A stretch of 63,790 nt of DNA, the filler included, from Reticulomyxa filosa (taxonomy: Eukaryota; Protista; Foraminifera), in assembly GCA_000512085.1 (NCBI GenBank). It is 15 parts of 15 records of this genome, joined end to end, with 100 filler letters (N's around TTAATTAATTAA, not from the genome) between each part and the next. Parts side by side here need not be neighbours in the genome. Positions count along the whole stretch, not along the records: positions 1 to 20,418 come from ASPP01024418.1; positions 20,519 to 23,187 come from ASPP01013709.1; positions 23,288 to 26,040 come from ASPP01026083.1; 12 more parts are not named here. One strand, written 5' to 3'. The notes beneath the pieces are model-generated. The model saw only the letters and a program-made list of their open reading frames with translations. It was not told the origin of the DNA and searched no databases. This document shows positions 12,701-25,444 of this stretch, piece by piece. Within the stretch, counting starts at the first letter, position 1. The number at the start of each line of letters is the position of its first letter. The position numbers were made by a program, and so were the translations under genes.

Positions 12701-15700
12701 GCTTGCGAGTTTTCTGACGCTGTTTCATGTGTGCATTATATCACACGCAAAAAAGACATATAAATAATGGGACAATACACAAGAGCAAGAATAAAAAGTA
12801 GAGATACCAAACTTTTCGTTGGAGTGATAACACAACCTCAACCAATGAGTGATGCTCTGGCATTGCGAGAACAGCTTGCGGCTTTGGCTTTCCTCGTGAG
12901 CACACGTCGTAGAGGTCGCAATGGAAGTGCGCTTGTCTTTGCAATGGGACACGGTCTTGATCAAACCTTGCAATGACGTGTGCGAGTATTGCAGTGACAA
13001 AATCGGAAATAGCTTGTACAATGTATCGTAGAATGCACTTTGCACATTGTCCACTGAATGACTGTTTATCACTTCTAGCAACTCGCACACTTTTTCCAAT
13101 ATCTTGGTATCCGTCTCGGTCATTGTCAATATTGAATAGAATACGTCCACGTTCAACAATGCTTGCATTTTGTCGTTTTTTTTTTTTTAATCGATTGTTA
13201 ATGTTGTGGGTTTTTTTGTGACAAAGTCGCAAACACATCACACACCATGCCCTGCTCGTCAATAATAACAATGATCGCATCCAGTATAGCAAGGATGGAT
13301 GGAGTGGAAGGAATCGACAACAGAACGCAAATGCAGTCATACCAGTCTGTCTTTGGATTGCTCTCTGTCATAAAAGCAGAAACAAATGGAAAAAAAAAAA
13401 AAAAAAGTAAGCAAACAAATCGGATAGAAACTTGTTTGAAATGTGAAAACGGCAGACATGGCCGTGTCCCTACCTTGCTTTGCAAAGAGAGCTTGTACAA
13501 CGTCTTTGGTGTGTCGAGGGTCAAACTGCAGCGCCACAAGCAATGATCGGATATGTCCTACTTCCATTGACTTAGTGCTTAGTGTGTCGAATGCATTCAA
13601 GGCCTTCATCACGTGCTCCGCCAATGCGATTTGCTTGTTGTTTATTCATTCGTTTTTGTCGCTTCAAAACAAGTGCAGGACCACAAAGTACCCCTCTTCA
13701 CAAACAAAGACAAGATAAAGAACTTTAAAAATGAGAGGCCTCAAAAGTCGTAATAATTTGATGCAATCACTTTTGATATCCAAGTAGAGTGCAGACAGGT
13801 CCATGTATTGTGTCACAAATTGACATGCCACTGAAGATATCGAGGATGGAACAACGTAGTCATCCACCTTTTGTTTTATTGCGTGTGTGTACATTTGCAC
13901 ATAATAGTTATATGTACATACATTAATATATACGTGTGTATACATAAAAGTACCAACCAAATCTTCTGGCAAAAAACTGATCAATTCGAGTGTCATTCTC
14001 AACATTTCAATGAGAAACCACTCTTCCAAGGTATTTGGCTTTGGCCACGAAGCAGATATTTCATGGAAATAGTGTTGCAACGACTCCATCGCTTTGACAA
14101 GACATTGCACATTGCATCGAGTCATTTGCTTTTCATTCGACTTTTTTTTTAAATTGTAATGAAAATGCACAAGCTTTTGACATGTTTTCAGCACTTGAAA
14201 CTTGCGCTTTACATTTGCATGCAACCAATGGCGAGACAAAATGGCTAACAATTCATGAACAAACTCTGTTAGGGAATGCATGTAATTGGCATGAACGCAG
14301 GGTTTGGACACTTCTTTCTTTAATTTTTGCTTTATCTTATTTTCATTATCATCATCATTATCACTATCATCACCATTATCTTCTTCTTCTTCTTCTTCTT
14401 CTTCTTTATTGCGATTTCGATTACGAGCCACTCCTTTTGCATCCTTCGCTTGTTGCTTACGCCCAAGTGCCTCCAACTCTGGAGACTCTTGTGTGATGGA
14501 GTCGGAACAAAGACAATGGAGTTGTGGCGGTGGATAGAAATAGCCAAGGTTATCGCCGTCAAAGCGAGAGTGCACGTTTGGAATAGTCATAGTTGAAGTT
14601 GAGGTCACATTGCTAACAACATTTAAATCACATTGCAAATTCAATGACTCCTGCAATTTGTCGATGAGTTTGTGAAGGCATGACAAGGCACAGTCCAATA
14701 CCACGTCATATTCGTGGCTTGCAATGGTCGAGGACTGACCATTGAACACAACACATAGACTTGCAAATATTTGTGTTTCTTTTTGTAAAACAATTTCCGC
14801 AGGAAAATCTTCCATTACTAAGTAATACAATTGATACATTGCGTCGGTGCAACTGTTTATATCTTCCATCCATTTCAATCGCAATGCCAAGTCACACAAC
14901 AGTTTCAAATCCGATGGGACTAGTTTTACTGGCGAAAAGCACCATTCATTACGATAGGATATTGCATCTCTTATCCAACTTCGAGGTTCTTGCGACACTT
15001 GCATAGCATGTGCAGGCGCTCTATTCTTTACGTTTAGTCGAGTTGGAGGGGATGTAAAGTTTGGAGTCGTTACATTCAGTCGATTTTCATTCTGTCTTTT
15101 CATAGGTTTCAAACTCCCTTGCAGGTTTTAAATAAACAAAAGACATAACATACCAGTGAAGCTGAAAGTCCAACATTCCGATTTTCGACAGACTTTTGTG
15201 ATAACAGTATTTGCTGAATGTTGCCTATAAACTGTCGCTCTTTTGGGCTAAGGTTATACGTATTTGCCAACATCGTCAATGTACCCATTGCGTTGTTTGA
15301 AATCAATTGTTTGGTAATATTCAAAGTTATTTGTTCGTTGATAGACAGTAGTTGATGGAGTAATGATAGCATGTCACAGAACCTAGAACTGTCATATTGT
15401 TTGTTATAGACCTTTTTTTTGTAAATATGTTTGCATTGTGACACAAAGTGAAATAGTTCAAGAGGTACCGGTTAGGTTCAGCTTGAAACCATTTCACTGC
15501 TAGCTGAACAAAAGATGATTCAACGCTCAGTTCTTGAAATGTCAGTAATTCCACAGAAAGCTTAAATAATATGTTGTCTAAAGCACGGAAACGAATATCC
15601 GAAATTGTGCTTCCTGTTTGTGTTGTTCTATTTGTGTATTTTTTATAACGCCTAAAGAATCAAAATATTGAGCAAACCCAATTTTGAGACAATGTGGGTA

Positions 15701-15717
15701 ATTGAAGATTGTGTCAT
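6784..15717 (-). CDS. RTTN: Rotatin (centriole/basal-body ARM-repeat protein, Ana3 orthologue), multi-exon
   Basis: Spliced N-terminus MTQSSITHIVSKLG|STISDIRFRALDNILFKL...VKWF matches rotatin KLGH..EIRERALKSILCK...LLEWF. Internal MEDFPAEIVLQK matches MQDFPAEIFLQR, and LRRSAVDQLA is also rotatin-like. Spliced C-terminus LWKMIHHNQK|IIVAMRR matches LWALIYNYQK. Stop TGA at 6784-6786. Confidence 0.85.
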
Positions 15718-16007
15718 GATTTCTTTAAACGATAACAGTGCAAAGAATTCAAAAGTTCAAAAATGCGAAATTGAAACCTTTTCAAAAAAATTTGTCCCCT
15801 TATAACGTGATCAATATAAAAGAACAAACACTAATAACTCTTATTATGAATATTTTAAAAAGCATTAAATTATGCGAATTTGAACAGCCATCCGAGCAGG
15901 TCTCTTTAGAATGTAATTACAAGGAATTTGCTGAACAACCAAAATAAAAACACAAACGTTGAAATAACAAGAATATTTTAGTCTATGTAGATTCATGAGA
16001 AAAAATA

Positions 16008-19000
16008 TTAATTAGGCTTTTCAAGATGGCCCAATTGAATTTCGGAATGTAAATTTTGCTTTCGTTTCAAATTGGCTTTTACTTCAGCATCTGTCCAAAC
16101 AAGATAGTGGCCTTTGCTGTGTGTATGAAGCAAGCCAATACAAACGTAATCGCTGGAAATTTTCATGGAATGATGAATTTTGGGTATATTGGAAAAGTTT
16201 TCAAGGCTTATCCGTAGTACGGCCAAGTTGCCATTTTTCACAGATATTTCTATGTCCAAATTTTTTCCTCCGATAACAGGCACTCCCAAGTTACTACGTA
16301 ACCTCTTGGTGCCATGATACATGCAACCACGATCACAACAAAGTCCGAGGCCCTCCATTGGCGGATAGTTTTGTCGTTCTTCGATACCGTCAATCTCGCC
16401 CATGGGTCCTTCCAAAATGCCGATCCACCACAAATTTTGATCCCATTGTGAATGATCGGGAGTTTGTCGTACTTCCAACTGAAATTTGAAGATTTCACCA
16501 GCGTGGATCTAACAAAAACAGCTACAACGGATGAGTCATGTATATATATATACACTGAAAAAGGAAAAGAAAAGAATCAAAGTAAGCAAAGTTGAGTGAG
16601 AGGATAAACAAACCTTTTTGTCAAGTAGAAACATCCCTTTTCCTTCGCAAATCAACTCATTTTGCATTGGGAAATGGCACACGTGAGCATTGCCATTGAA
16701 ATTGGTGACCCACTTCAACAGTCCGTGTTTTTGTTGCGAAAGCTGTGAAATCTTGCGCTTGTGTGCTTCGCTCCAAACCTCTCGCTTGTCAATCACACTT
16801 TGTTGGCGAGTGAGTTGTGGGAGAGCTGTTTCATGGATCTGCTCAATAGACGTGTCCATTACGTCGTCGGATGTTTTTTGCAATTGCTCGTGATCGATAA
16901 TCACTAATCCATCGTCGTCCATTTTTGGGTCTTCTTTATCCTTATTTGTGTTTTTCTCTTTTTCTTTATCTTTATCATTATCTTTGCTCTTGTCTTCGTC
17001 TTTATCTTTGACCGCAATTTCATTGCTTTTTTCTTCCATTCCAAAGTTCATCTCATTTGACATTGGTCTTTGTTTTTGTTTTATCTCAGCTTGTTCTTTT
17101 AGTTGCAACGCAGTATTGGTATTTTTGGGAGAAATGACACTTTGGCTCCTTTTGACCGGTGTCGAAGGTACACTTTGTTCCTTTTTCTTCTCCTTCTTTT
17201 CATCGGTGTCTCCGTACATTTCGTCGTGGATGGTGTTGGATCGAATGCGCGTGTCCATGCGAGGCTTCAAAAAAGTGAGTTTGGGAATCCACTTTGTAAT
17301 CCAAGATTTCGTATCTGTGCGCGGAGACTCCTCAAAGGTCAGTTCACTCGCGAGATCGCTCTCTGTGTCTTGATCGTCGTCACTGAGCGGTATCATCGAA
17401 ATGCGGTCTCCTTGTCCATTCAATGACATAGCAGAAGAAATAGCGGGTGTCAAATACGGAGCGCCGTGGCTTACTGCTGTAAACTGGCTGCTGCGTCTTG
17501 GAGTGAGTCTTGGGCTCCACGACGACATGTCGTCGATGCCGTTTAACACACGATTCATTACCACCTCTTCTTGTACATGGACTGCACCGTAGCTCCATTG
17601 TGGATGAAACGTTACGTTTGGAACATGAAGCTATTTATTATTATTATTATTATTATTTATTAAAATAATAAAAAAAACATACAAATGGATAAATAAAACG
17701 AAACATCGATCTGACTATCATGCAATCCTCGTTTTACAATATCTTTAAATTTTTTTCTAGTTTTTTGTGTCTTTTTGTTGTTAAACCCTTTGCGGGCAAT
17801 ATACAACGCTTGCTTGGCCTTGACTTGGTGTTCAAACACACTTTGTTCCAATTCCATGACGTCTTTATACATTTGCAGCAATTGCGTCTTCGTCGTCTCA
17901 GTGTATTCTTCGACGTCTTGGATTGCGCTTTGCTCTTGCTCTTTGATCACGTCCATGATGTTCTGATAGGTTTCTCGAATGTGATTTTTCACCTGTTTGT
18001 TGCTCTCTTCCAATTTGCTCAGACTTTCATGGATATCACCTTGTGCGTCACGTATCAATTTCTTGCGCTCTTCCAACAATTGGAGGCCTCTCTCTTCCAC
18101 TTCCTCTGATGTTTTGTGTGCGTATACGTACGTGACGCATTTGCAGAGGCACATAACTGCATATACGTATACACCCTGACAACAGCACAGAAAGATGTGT
18201 ACAGTACACCTCCAACATAATTATATTTGTTTTCATCAATTCCGTTTAATTTCTTCCAGTGTTTTTCGTATCTATCTTTTCGTTCTTGAAGTTCTTTTTT
18301 TTTTTGTGTCAGCTCTTCCTCTTCTTGCTTGTAATCTGTAATGTGTTCAACGATGGTGTCGGTGTGGGACACTTCGAACAGGTCTCCCTCTGCAGTGCCA
18401 TTCACATTCTGTGTATCTCGCTTGCCAAATGGCGATGCCAGCACCTGTGATAACTTTCGTCCTAAATCTTTGAGTGAAGAGCCACGTCTGTGTCTTCCCC
18501 CCTTTTCTTTTTTTTTGTTCGCACCGTCGTCGTTGTTGTTATTGGTGAGTGGTGGCCTTTCGCTATCGGGCTCAAGTTGTGGTCTTTCTCGACCAATGTC
18601 CTCGCGCAAGTCACTAAGTTTCAATCAAATATGCTTTGGATTATCTCGCTTTTTTTTTTTTTTTTTTTGTTGTTGCTTGTGTGCACAATAGCCAATGTCT
18701 CAAATACCTGTACGTTGGCGAAATGTACCGTTGCAGGTTCATTGCACTGTTGAACTCGACATTTTCCATCAATGATGTATTCATGTTATATCTGCCCTGT
18801 ATATGTTTGTTTTTCCAAGAATCTGTTTTGAAACAAAAAGACATTTGCACATACCCACAAACAATTACAAACGTAACCAATTTTTTTTTTTTTTCCTTAA
18901 CAACGAATAGTCCAGAATAATAACCTTCAGAAACAGATCTTTGGAGTTTATTGCGAGGAGGTGGAAGCGGTGAGACGAAGGTGTCATTTGCGATTGGAAA

Positions 19001-19815
19001 TGGAGATCGTTTTGTCGCTCTTAAGAACAAGTCAAAATTTTGGGGCGTTTCATCTTGGCTCAATGCGGTTTTGGCTTCTTGCGGCGTCCAATCGCGACAA
19101 GAGTGGATAAAGAGCTGCAGCCTTTCCAAATCCACTTCGTTTTGTTCGCGCGTGAACTGACTCTCCCATTGATTGCGCGTTGTGCATATGCAATGCAAGG
19201 CCTCAAAGTCAATATCAACCGAGTGCGACACCTTGGAGCTCTCGAACATGGCGTCTTTGAGTGCTTTGTCATGGTGTGTGTCAATATCGAAATCGACGCC
19301 AATGACAGGACTTTTAACGCTTGCAAAGCTTTTCGCACTGTGTGTAGGGATTTCAAAATCGATTCCAATCGGACTTTGCTTCACAAATTCAAAGTTTTGA
19401 TTTTCGTTGGCTTTCTTCTTGTTCAAGTATTGCCTCCATTTTTCGTCGTCAATGTCCACGGAATATCTTATGTTGCTGCTCGCAAATCCTTCTTTTTCGT
19501 GTCCCAATCAAATTTGTTATCCATTATCGGTGATTTTGCCTCTGCAAATGTCTCCGATGTCTCTTCTTTTGTGTCGATAGGAGTCAACAAATGTGGCATT
19601 TCTATTTTCTTATATTCCATTGCAAACGATTCGATTTGTAGTATCTCTTTTTGCGTGTCACTTTCCTCTTCCTTACTTTCATTCAAACCAATCAAATTTT
19701 TGCCTTTAATGAATTGAATAGTTGATCTGCATCTTCTTCATTTAAGCCTTGATTATCTTTGCAATACTTTTTTTTGGCAAATGTATATACTATATTACAT
19801 CTGCATTATGTATAC

Positions 19816-19849
<34 letters not shown>

Positions 19850-20347
19850 TTTGTGTGAGAAATAAACTTGCAACAAAGATCTTGCAAAGGCATTTGGCAA
19901 TGGGATATTTCTTTTGAGTAGCCATGTCACATAAATGTCCTGTTTTTTCGAGTTTCCCTTCAGTCCGTACTTAACAACATGATTCGCAATTGGAAATCTA
20001 CAGTCGATTCCATCTTTCAAAATCATATGCTGAGAATTGTTGTCAAACAAGTAAACGCGGTTAATCTTTGATTTTTTCTGTGCAAATGCGGTCCCCAGCA
20101 CTGTCACTAACAAGTCTCTTATTTCTTTAAAGACTGTCATTTTCGCAATTAGAAAATCGGGAACCGTCACTTTTTCAAATGTCTTTTCGTGAAACTCATC
20201 ACACAAAAGAATCACCATTCGATCCAAAAAAGACAGCTCCATTATGCTTTTGCTTGACGTTTCTTGACCGTCGTTCCCGCTCACTGTCTTTCTATCCATT
20301 ATTTGGCGCAGTGACCGCAGGTATTGTCTGTGAATTTTGATGTTCAA
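16008..20347 (-). CDS. Multi-exon protein (possibly two genes) with long coiled coil and C-terminal SPRY/B30.2-like domain; 5' end likely cut by contig edge
   Basis: Co-oriented ORFs from 20347 to 16008. The 17660-18154 exon is a heptad-rich coiled coil of B-box-C-terminal type. The last exon has a SPRY-like pattern (FQLEV...WWIGILEG...GLGLCCDRGCMYHG...LDIEISV). Single-base frame breaks at T5 runs 19493-19497 and 19697-19701. Confidence 0.5.
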
Positions 20348-20376
20348 TATTACAATTTTTAAAAATAATAATCGTA

Positions 20377-20416
<40 letters not shown>

Positions 20417-20418
20417 AA

Positions 20419-20518
20419 NNNNNNNNNNNNNNNNNNNNNNNNNNNNNNNNNNNNNNNNNNNNTTAATTAATTAANNNNNNNNNNNNNNNNNNNNNNNNNN
20501 NNNNNNNNNNNNNNNNNN
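20419..20518. other. Artificial contig linker (first of 14: also 23188, 26041, 27765, 30223, 32911, 36819, 42926, 44075, 50232, 53467, 55374, 60127, 62046; each 100 bp)
   Basis: Identical 44 N + TTAATTAATTAA + 44 N structure every time; the 12-mer gives stops in all six frames. Confidence 0.98.
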
Positions 20519-20534
20519 TTTTTTTTTGTCAAAC

Positions 20535-20892
20535 CTGTATTCTTTGGCCCATATACGATGCAACTCAGATTTGTACCTTGTTTGAGCATCTCTTGACTTA
20601 TGTCAAAACCGCACAACTTCTCCCATATCTCTTCTTGGCTCTTCTTTTCAGTAAACACTTGATCGAACGTGTATTTGTGGTTCGATTTCAAACTCAATTT
20701 CGATGCTATTTTTATTGTATGCTGCTCTTCATCCAACTCAAATCCGGATGCTGTTTTCCCTTTCAACGAAAACGACATCTTCTTTTTTGCCATCAATTGC
20801 TTTTCTGAAAGTGATTCCTTCTTCACATGGTCTTCGCTATCCCCTCGTAAACGTAAGACCGAGGTCAGGCCCAAAAGTGGTGTAAATGACAT
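20535..20892 (-). CDS. Kinesin-like motor domain, first exon only (truncated by contig end)
   Basis: VLRLR near the N-terminus and KYTFDQVFTEKKSQEEIWEK...GTNLSCIVYGPKNTG follow the kinesin FTFD.VF...Q.E.Y...G.N..I.AYG..GSGKT pattern. The exon ends at a phase-1 G|GTTTGA donor. Confidence 0.7.
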
Positions 20893-21193
20893 TGCTCAAA
20901 TGCCAATTTTTTACACGTTGGGTATTGGAAATTGTTCACAAATGAAATGTCACGTTTGCTTTTTTTTGTTATAATGTCTGGCTTTTTACACAAACAACGT
21001 TCGTGCCGTCTTGCTTGTGCCGTTTTTTTAACTTACGATATTTTTCGACAATTTCAAGACTACTCCAATTTATGATATATGGAAAGAACAGAGTATATGT
21101 AAAAGTGGAGCATTTCTATTTTAAGATTTTGTCAAAAAGGGCTTGTTCTAATATTACCAAAAAAAAATAGCTTTATTTTCCTTTTCGTGACAT

Positions 21194-21855
21194 ATGGCTA
21201 TGGAGGACGATAGAGATAGTGTTCATCACCCGCTGCAACAACATAAGTCGTCAATGGTACGTTAATGGAGTAGGGTTCCAATTCTTGTTGTTGAAGATTA
21301 CAGTTATGTTTGTGACAACAGATGTGGCTTCCCGCCATTGGCGTTTTCAGTATTGCAATTGGGGTGATTGCTACTCGTTCTATACACAAACTAGGAAGTT
21401 CTTTGCAATTGAAACAAACATTGGTATCTTACCTGTGTTTTTATTCATTTCTTTTTTTTTTCGTTGCTTCGATGAGCACAGAAATTTCAAGAAATTTCTG
21501 TGACATAATAAACAAAGCAAAAAATGTGGGAAATAGAAAAGAGGTAAGAGGAAAACAATACATCGAAAAAAAATAGCCAAGCCGATATAAATATTCTCTT
21601 CCCCCCGAAGCAAAGACAAAATTTACAGCCCGCAAATTTACTGGCCTTCCATATGGAGGCGATTTCAAAGAAGCAATGGATGCATCCGAAGCAGCCCTAA
21701 TATTGGGTGTGCGCGAATCAGCAAATAAAGAAAAAATTGATTTGCGGTTTCGCAAATTAATGGCATTGAACCACCCTGATCGTGGTGGAAGCCCTTATTT
21801 TGCAGCGAAACTCAACGAAGCCAAGTCGATTTTATCAGTCAAAGCAAGCAAATGA
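21194..21855 (+). CDS. PAM18: Mitochondrial import motor J-protein PAM18/TIM14 (DNAJC19), three exons
   Basis: Spliced: MAMEDD...SSM|MWLPAIGVFSIAIGVIATR...QTL|PSRY...YGGDFKEAMDASEAALILGVRESANKEKIDLRFRKLMALNHPDRGGSPYFAAKLNEAKSIL. It has a TM segment plus a J-domain with the HPDRGGSPY signature. GT-AG introns; TGA at 21853-21855. The J-domain exon is absent from the ORF track. Confidence 0.92.
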
Positions 21856-22463
21856 AACTTTTCAAAAAATATTTTTTTTTATAGATAAACTGAATTTGTT
21901 AGTTGATCGTCTTGTTTCAAAAGCGTGGGTGCAAAGGGGAATTCGGACAAAATTGTGTTCACTGTGCAATGCATTGTAATTGATTCCTACCTTATCACCC
22001 CAGATATTTTTCACGATTGGGTGAAGGAATATAATAATAATAAAAAAAAAATGCTGTTTTTAGAAGTTTAACAAAAAAAGTTATAATAATACTAATAATA
22101 ACACCATTTGGCGTTATTGGTTGTGTCGAATTGAAATGCAAACACAAATAAACAAAAGTATTGATTTTCTCGTTTGTTTTTGCTCTTTCTTCTCTCCTTT
22201 CTTTCTTGTCGTCAGTGATCGCTATATTCAAAAGAGTGCATCTTGGACCATAATATCTCTAATGTCACGATGAACTAGATATAAGGCGAAAACATAAATT
22301 TGAAAACTTGTCCTCGACCTACTGCAATTTAAATATATGTGTTTCCATCTAAAAAAAAAAATTATGATTGAAATAGAATAAAGTGTTAGCATCATTAAAA
22401 AAATTTGCGATTGCAAGCAAAAAAGTATTGCTCATGGGCTTAAACAAATTATTATTTTTATCA

Positions 22464-23140
22464 TTATTGTTGTTTGTAAGCATTTTGTTTCATTTGTAAT
22501 TGTTTTCTCAATTGTGCATTTTCTTCCGTCAAATTTTGGATGGCATCCCGAAGTTCTTGTGCCAACAAAAGCTTTTCTTCTTCCGCCTTTTGTTGCATAT
22601 CTCGTTTTTCTTTCAACATGGTATCGACAAGTGCCCGTAATTCTGTTGTAACAATGCTTTGCTCCTGTATTACATAGTGTTTTATGTAATAAGATAAGGA
22701 AAAAACATGCAAAAAAAAAACAAAACATACTTCTTGAATTTGAAAAATTTTTTGTTTTCTTTTCAAGCGATTGGCAAAGAGTTTGCTGTTCAGATTGGTA
22801 TTGATGAACGATCTGCTTATATTGCTGAATACTTTGTTGCAGTTTGAGATGTTCCGTTTGTAGTTCCTGAAGTGTTTGCTGTTGTTTGGAGTCAAGAAGA
22901 TCGCCATTTGCAAGACTACCAGAAAGTTTGGATTGAGAAAAAGAAGAAGAAGAAGAAGATGGATTTGAGAGATGAGTAGATTTGTCATTCAAGTAGGATA
23001 TTTCCTTTTGATAAAACGAAATGTACGTCTGTTGTAGTGAGGACTGGTTGCGAAGCCATTTTTCTTTTATCAAAGCTGTAGTTTCCAATGTGCTGGAATT
23101 TAGTAATTCATCCATTGAAGGTTGTTTCCAATCGTCCTTT
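22464..23140 (-). CDS. C-terminal exons of a coiled-coil protein (5' truncated)
   Basis: Gln/Leu-rich heptad sequence in ORFs 22432-23115 and 22464-22988, joined by an AT-rich intron near 22667-22735. Confidence 0.5.
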
Positions 23141-24074
23141 TCATTTTTTTTTTTTTTTTTTTTTTTTCAAAATTTTTTTTTTTTTTTNNNNNNNNNNNNN
23201 NNNNNNNNNNNNNNNNNNNNNNNNNNNNNNNTTAATTAATTAANNNNNNNNNNNNNNNNNNNNNNNNNNNNNNNNNNNNNNNNNNNNAACGGCAATGGAA
23301 CACGCACTCTGAGTGGTGTTGATGCACTTGGCAAAGACAAATAAAGTGACACAGTTGTCGAGAGGGCAGATTGAAAAAAAAATTTAAACGCTTGCCACCC
23401 GAAGTAATCCATTGTAGTGGATTGATGGGGTTTGGTACATCTTTACTTACTATCAAAGAATTACTCAATCAGTGGAACAACAACAATATCACGCGCTTCT
23501 TCCTAATTACATTACCAACAAATATTGATGATGACGATGAGATCAATGAATTGCCCATTGAAGTAGGCCAATATCGATCAGTGGTGCATAATATGTTTTT
23601 TTTAGTGTCCCGAAAACAATATACATATATATATCACGTGGCACCAAGAAGCATTCAAGTTTGCAAGTTATGTTTCGTTTTTCCGTTGCAACTTAAAAAA
23701 AGACCACTATGTACCACCAAAAAAAAACAATAAAGAACATTTACATAAAGAATTCATTGTTCTGTGGACACTGTTGGCAACTTGAAACCAATTAAAAAGA
23801 CAGACTACTTTGGACGAGATTCAAAAAAAAAAGGAAAGCATATGTGAATGTATTATGCGTACCTTGAAATAAAAAAGAAAAATGATAATTACAGCAACCG
23901 AAGAATTAACTATTTGGAGAATATACAATCCAGATGTAATTAATGTGAGAGATTCTGCTTCACTTGTAGAAATAAATGCACATTCTTTTTTAGTGTTCGT
24001 ACGTGGTTGTCCTTGTCATAGCATAGGCCAAAGAGGAAATGTGATGCGTATGCATATATAAAGATGAAAAAGTA

Positions 24075-25080
24075 ATGAGTCCTGTAAATAAAGACAATGA
24101 TAAACCTGTGGGAGGAATGCAACATGATGAGGATCAAGGACAGTACCCAACAGAGCTGAGAGCATTAATAAGATTATGTGGTGATGTAATGGAAGAAGAA
24201 GAGTTGAAGAGACAATTCGAAGAAAATAATGGCAATGTACATGCGATTATTGAAAAGATAGTCTCTACATTGATGACACAAAAAGTTAGTTTACACTCGA
24301 TTCAAAAAAGGAAATTGATAAGTATTTGGTTTTACATTTAAATACAAATAGAAAGCTGATAATGTAGATGCAGAGAATAAGATACAAGAATTGGAAAATA
24401 AGTGAACAAGTTATAATCTTACATAGATTGTACATAACTGCTTTTCTTTTCCTTTATTCATAATATAAATTATTTGTTTTATATATACGTATATATTTTT
24501 TTGTATTTTTCAAAAAAATCAAATCGAGCAAAGATTACACATTACAAAAAGAAGATGAAAGGGCGGAGACTGGAGAAACCTGGAATTAATATACAGTGCT
24601 AATGTATAAATCAAAATTATTTAACAACAAAGGCAAAATTTCCAATTTGGTAAATCTTGGATTTAATGAAATCTCTTTTCATTCAGATAAAATATCCTAT
24701 TGTTGTCCTGATCACTCACAATTAACTATTACATCGATTGTAAAGGCTATACTTTTCAATTCAGAACATTCCATCAGTGCAAGTGATAATTTAATCCATG
24801 TAAAAGGTAATTATTATCAATACTTTTATTCAATTAAATTAGGAGTATCTTATGAATTGAAAGACAGCATGCAACAAGTTCGGAAGATTTAATTAGCTAA
24901 ATTACAAAAATATTTAATAACAGTAGTAGAGCCATCCAAAGTGAAAAAATTCAGTATGATTTTTGATATTGGAAGATTACGATTTTATGCAATAATATTC
25001 AATTGTGAAAACTCCCTTTTCTGGCCCAGAAAACAGAAATCTTTGTTTGTGGAAATGCGATGAAGAGAAGTATTTGGAAA
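24075..25080 (+). pseudogene. Decayed member of a family with a PGIN..C....C / CP.C zinc-ribbon-like domain
   Basis: Intact first exon (ELRALIRLCGDVMEEEELKRQFEENNGNV). Downstream reads KPGINIQC*CINQNYLTTKAKFPIW* and then shifts frame to VNLGFNEISF...CCPDHSQLT, with further stops. Confidence 0.6.
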
Positions 25081-25444
25081 GGTACGAAAGGTTTAATTTC
25101 ATCACAGATATTGCTCGTGGAACAATGTGGATGAACTTTTTAGGCAATTGAGCTTTCACGATTTTAGTCTGATAAAATCTTCTTTTGCCGTGTAAATAAG
25201 AGAGATTTTGTTTGTCAAATTGAATGATGAAAAATTGATATTTTGTATCTTTTTTTAAACTCTTGTTTTCTATTTTCTTATTGTTTCATTGGTGTCAGCA
25301 AAAAAGACTTCGGGTAGAGTCTGACTGAATCCAACTCTAAACAATACAAAAGTCTATTTCATATTATCACATACAACTAATTCCAGTTATTAGTGAAAAC
25401 CAAATCGAATCTATCTGCATATTTTTGACTTTCTTTTAGATTAA

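Noticed and set aside
16008-20892. Single kinesin-coiled-coil-SPRY gene spanning the first linker
   Set aside because: Same strand and tempting, but the contigs are concatenated arbitrarily (a bacterial contig is among them), and 19790-20347 shows no kinesin switch motifs.
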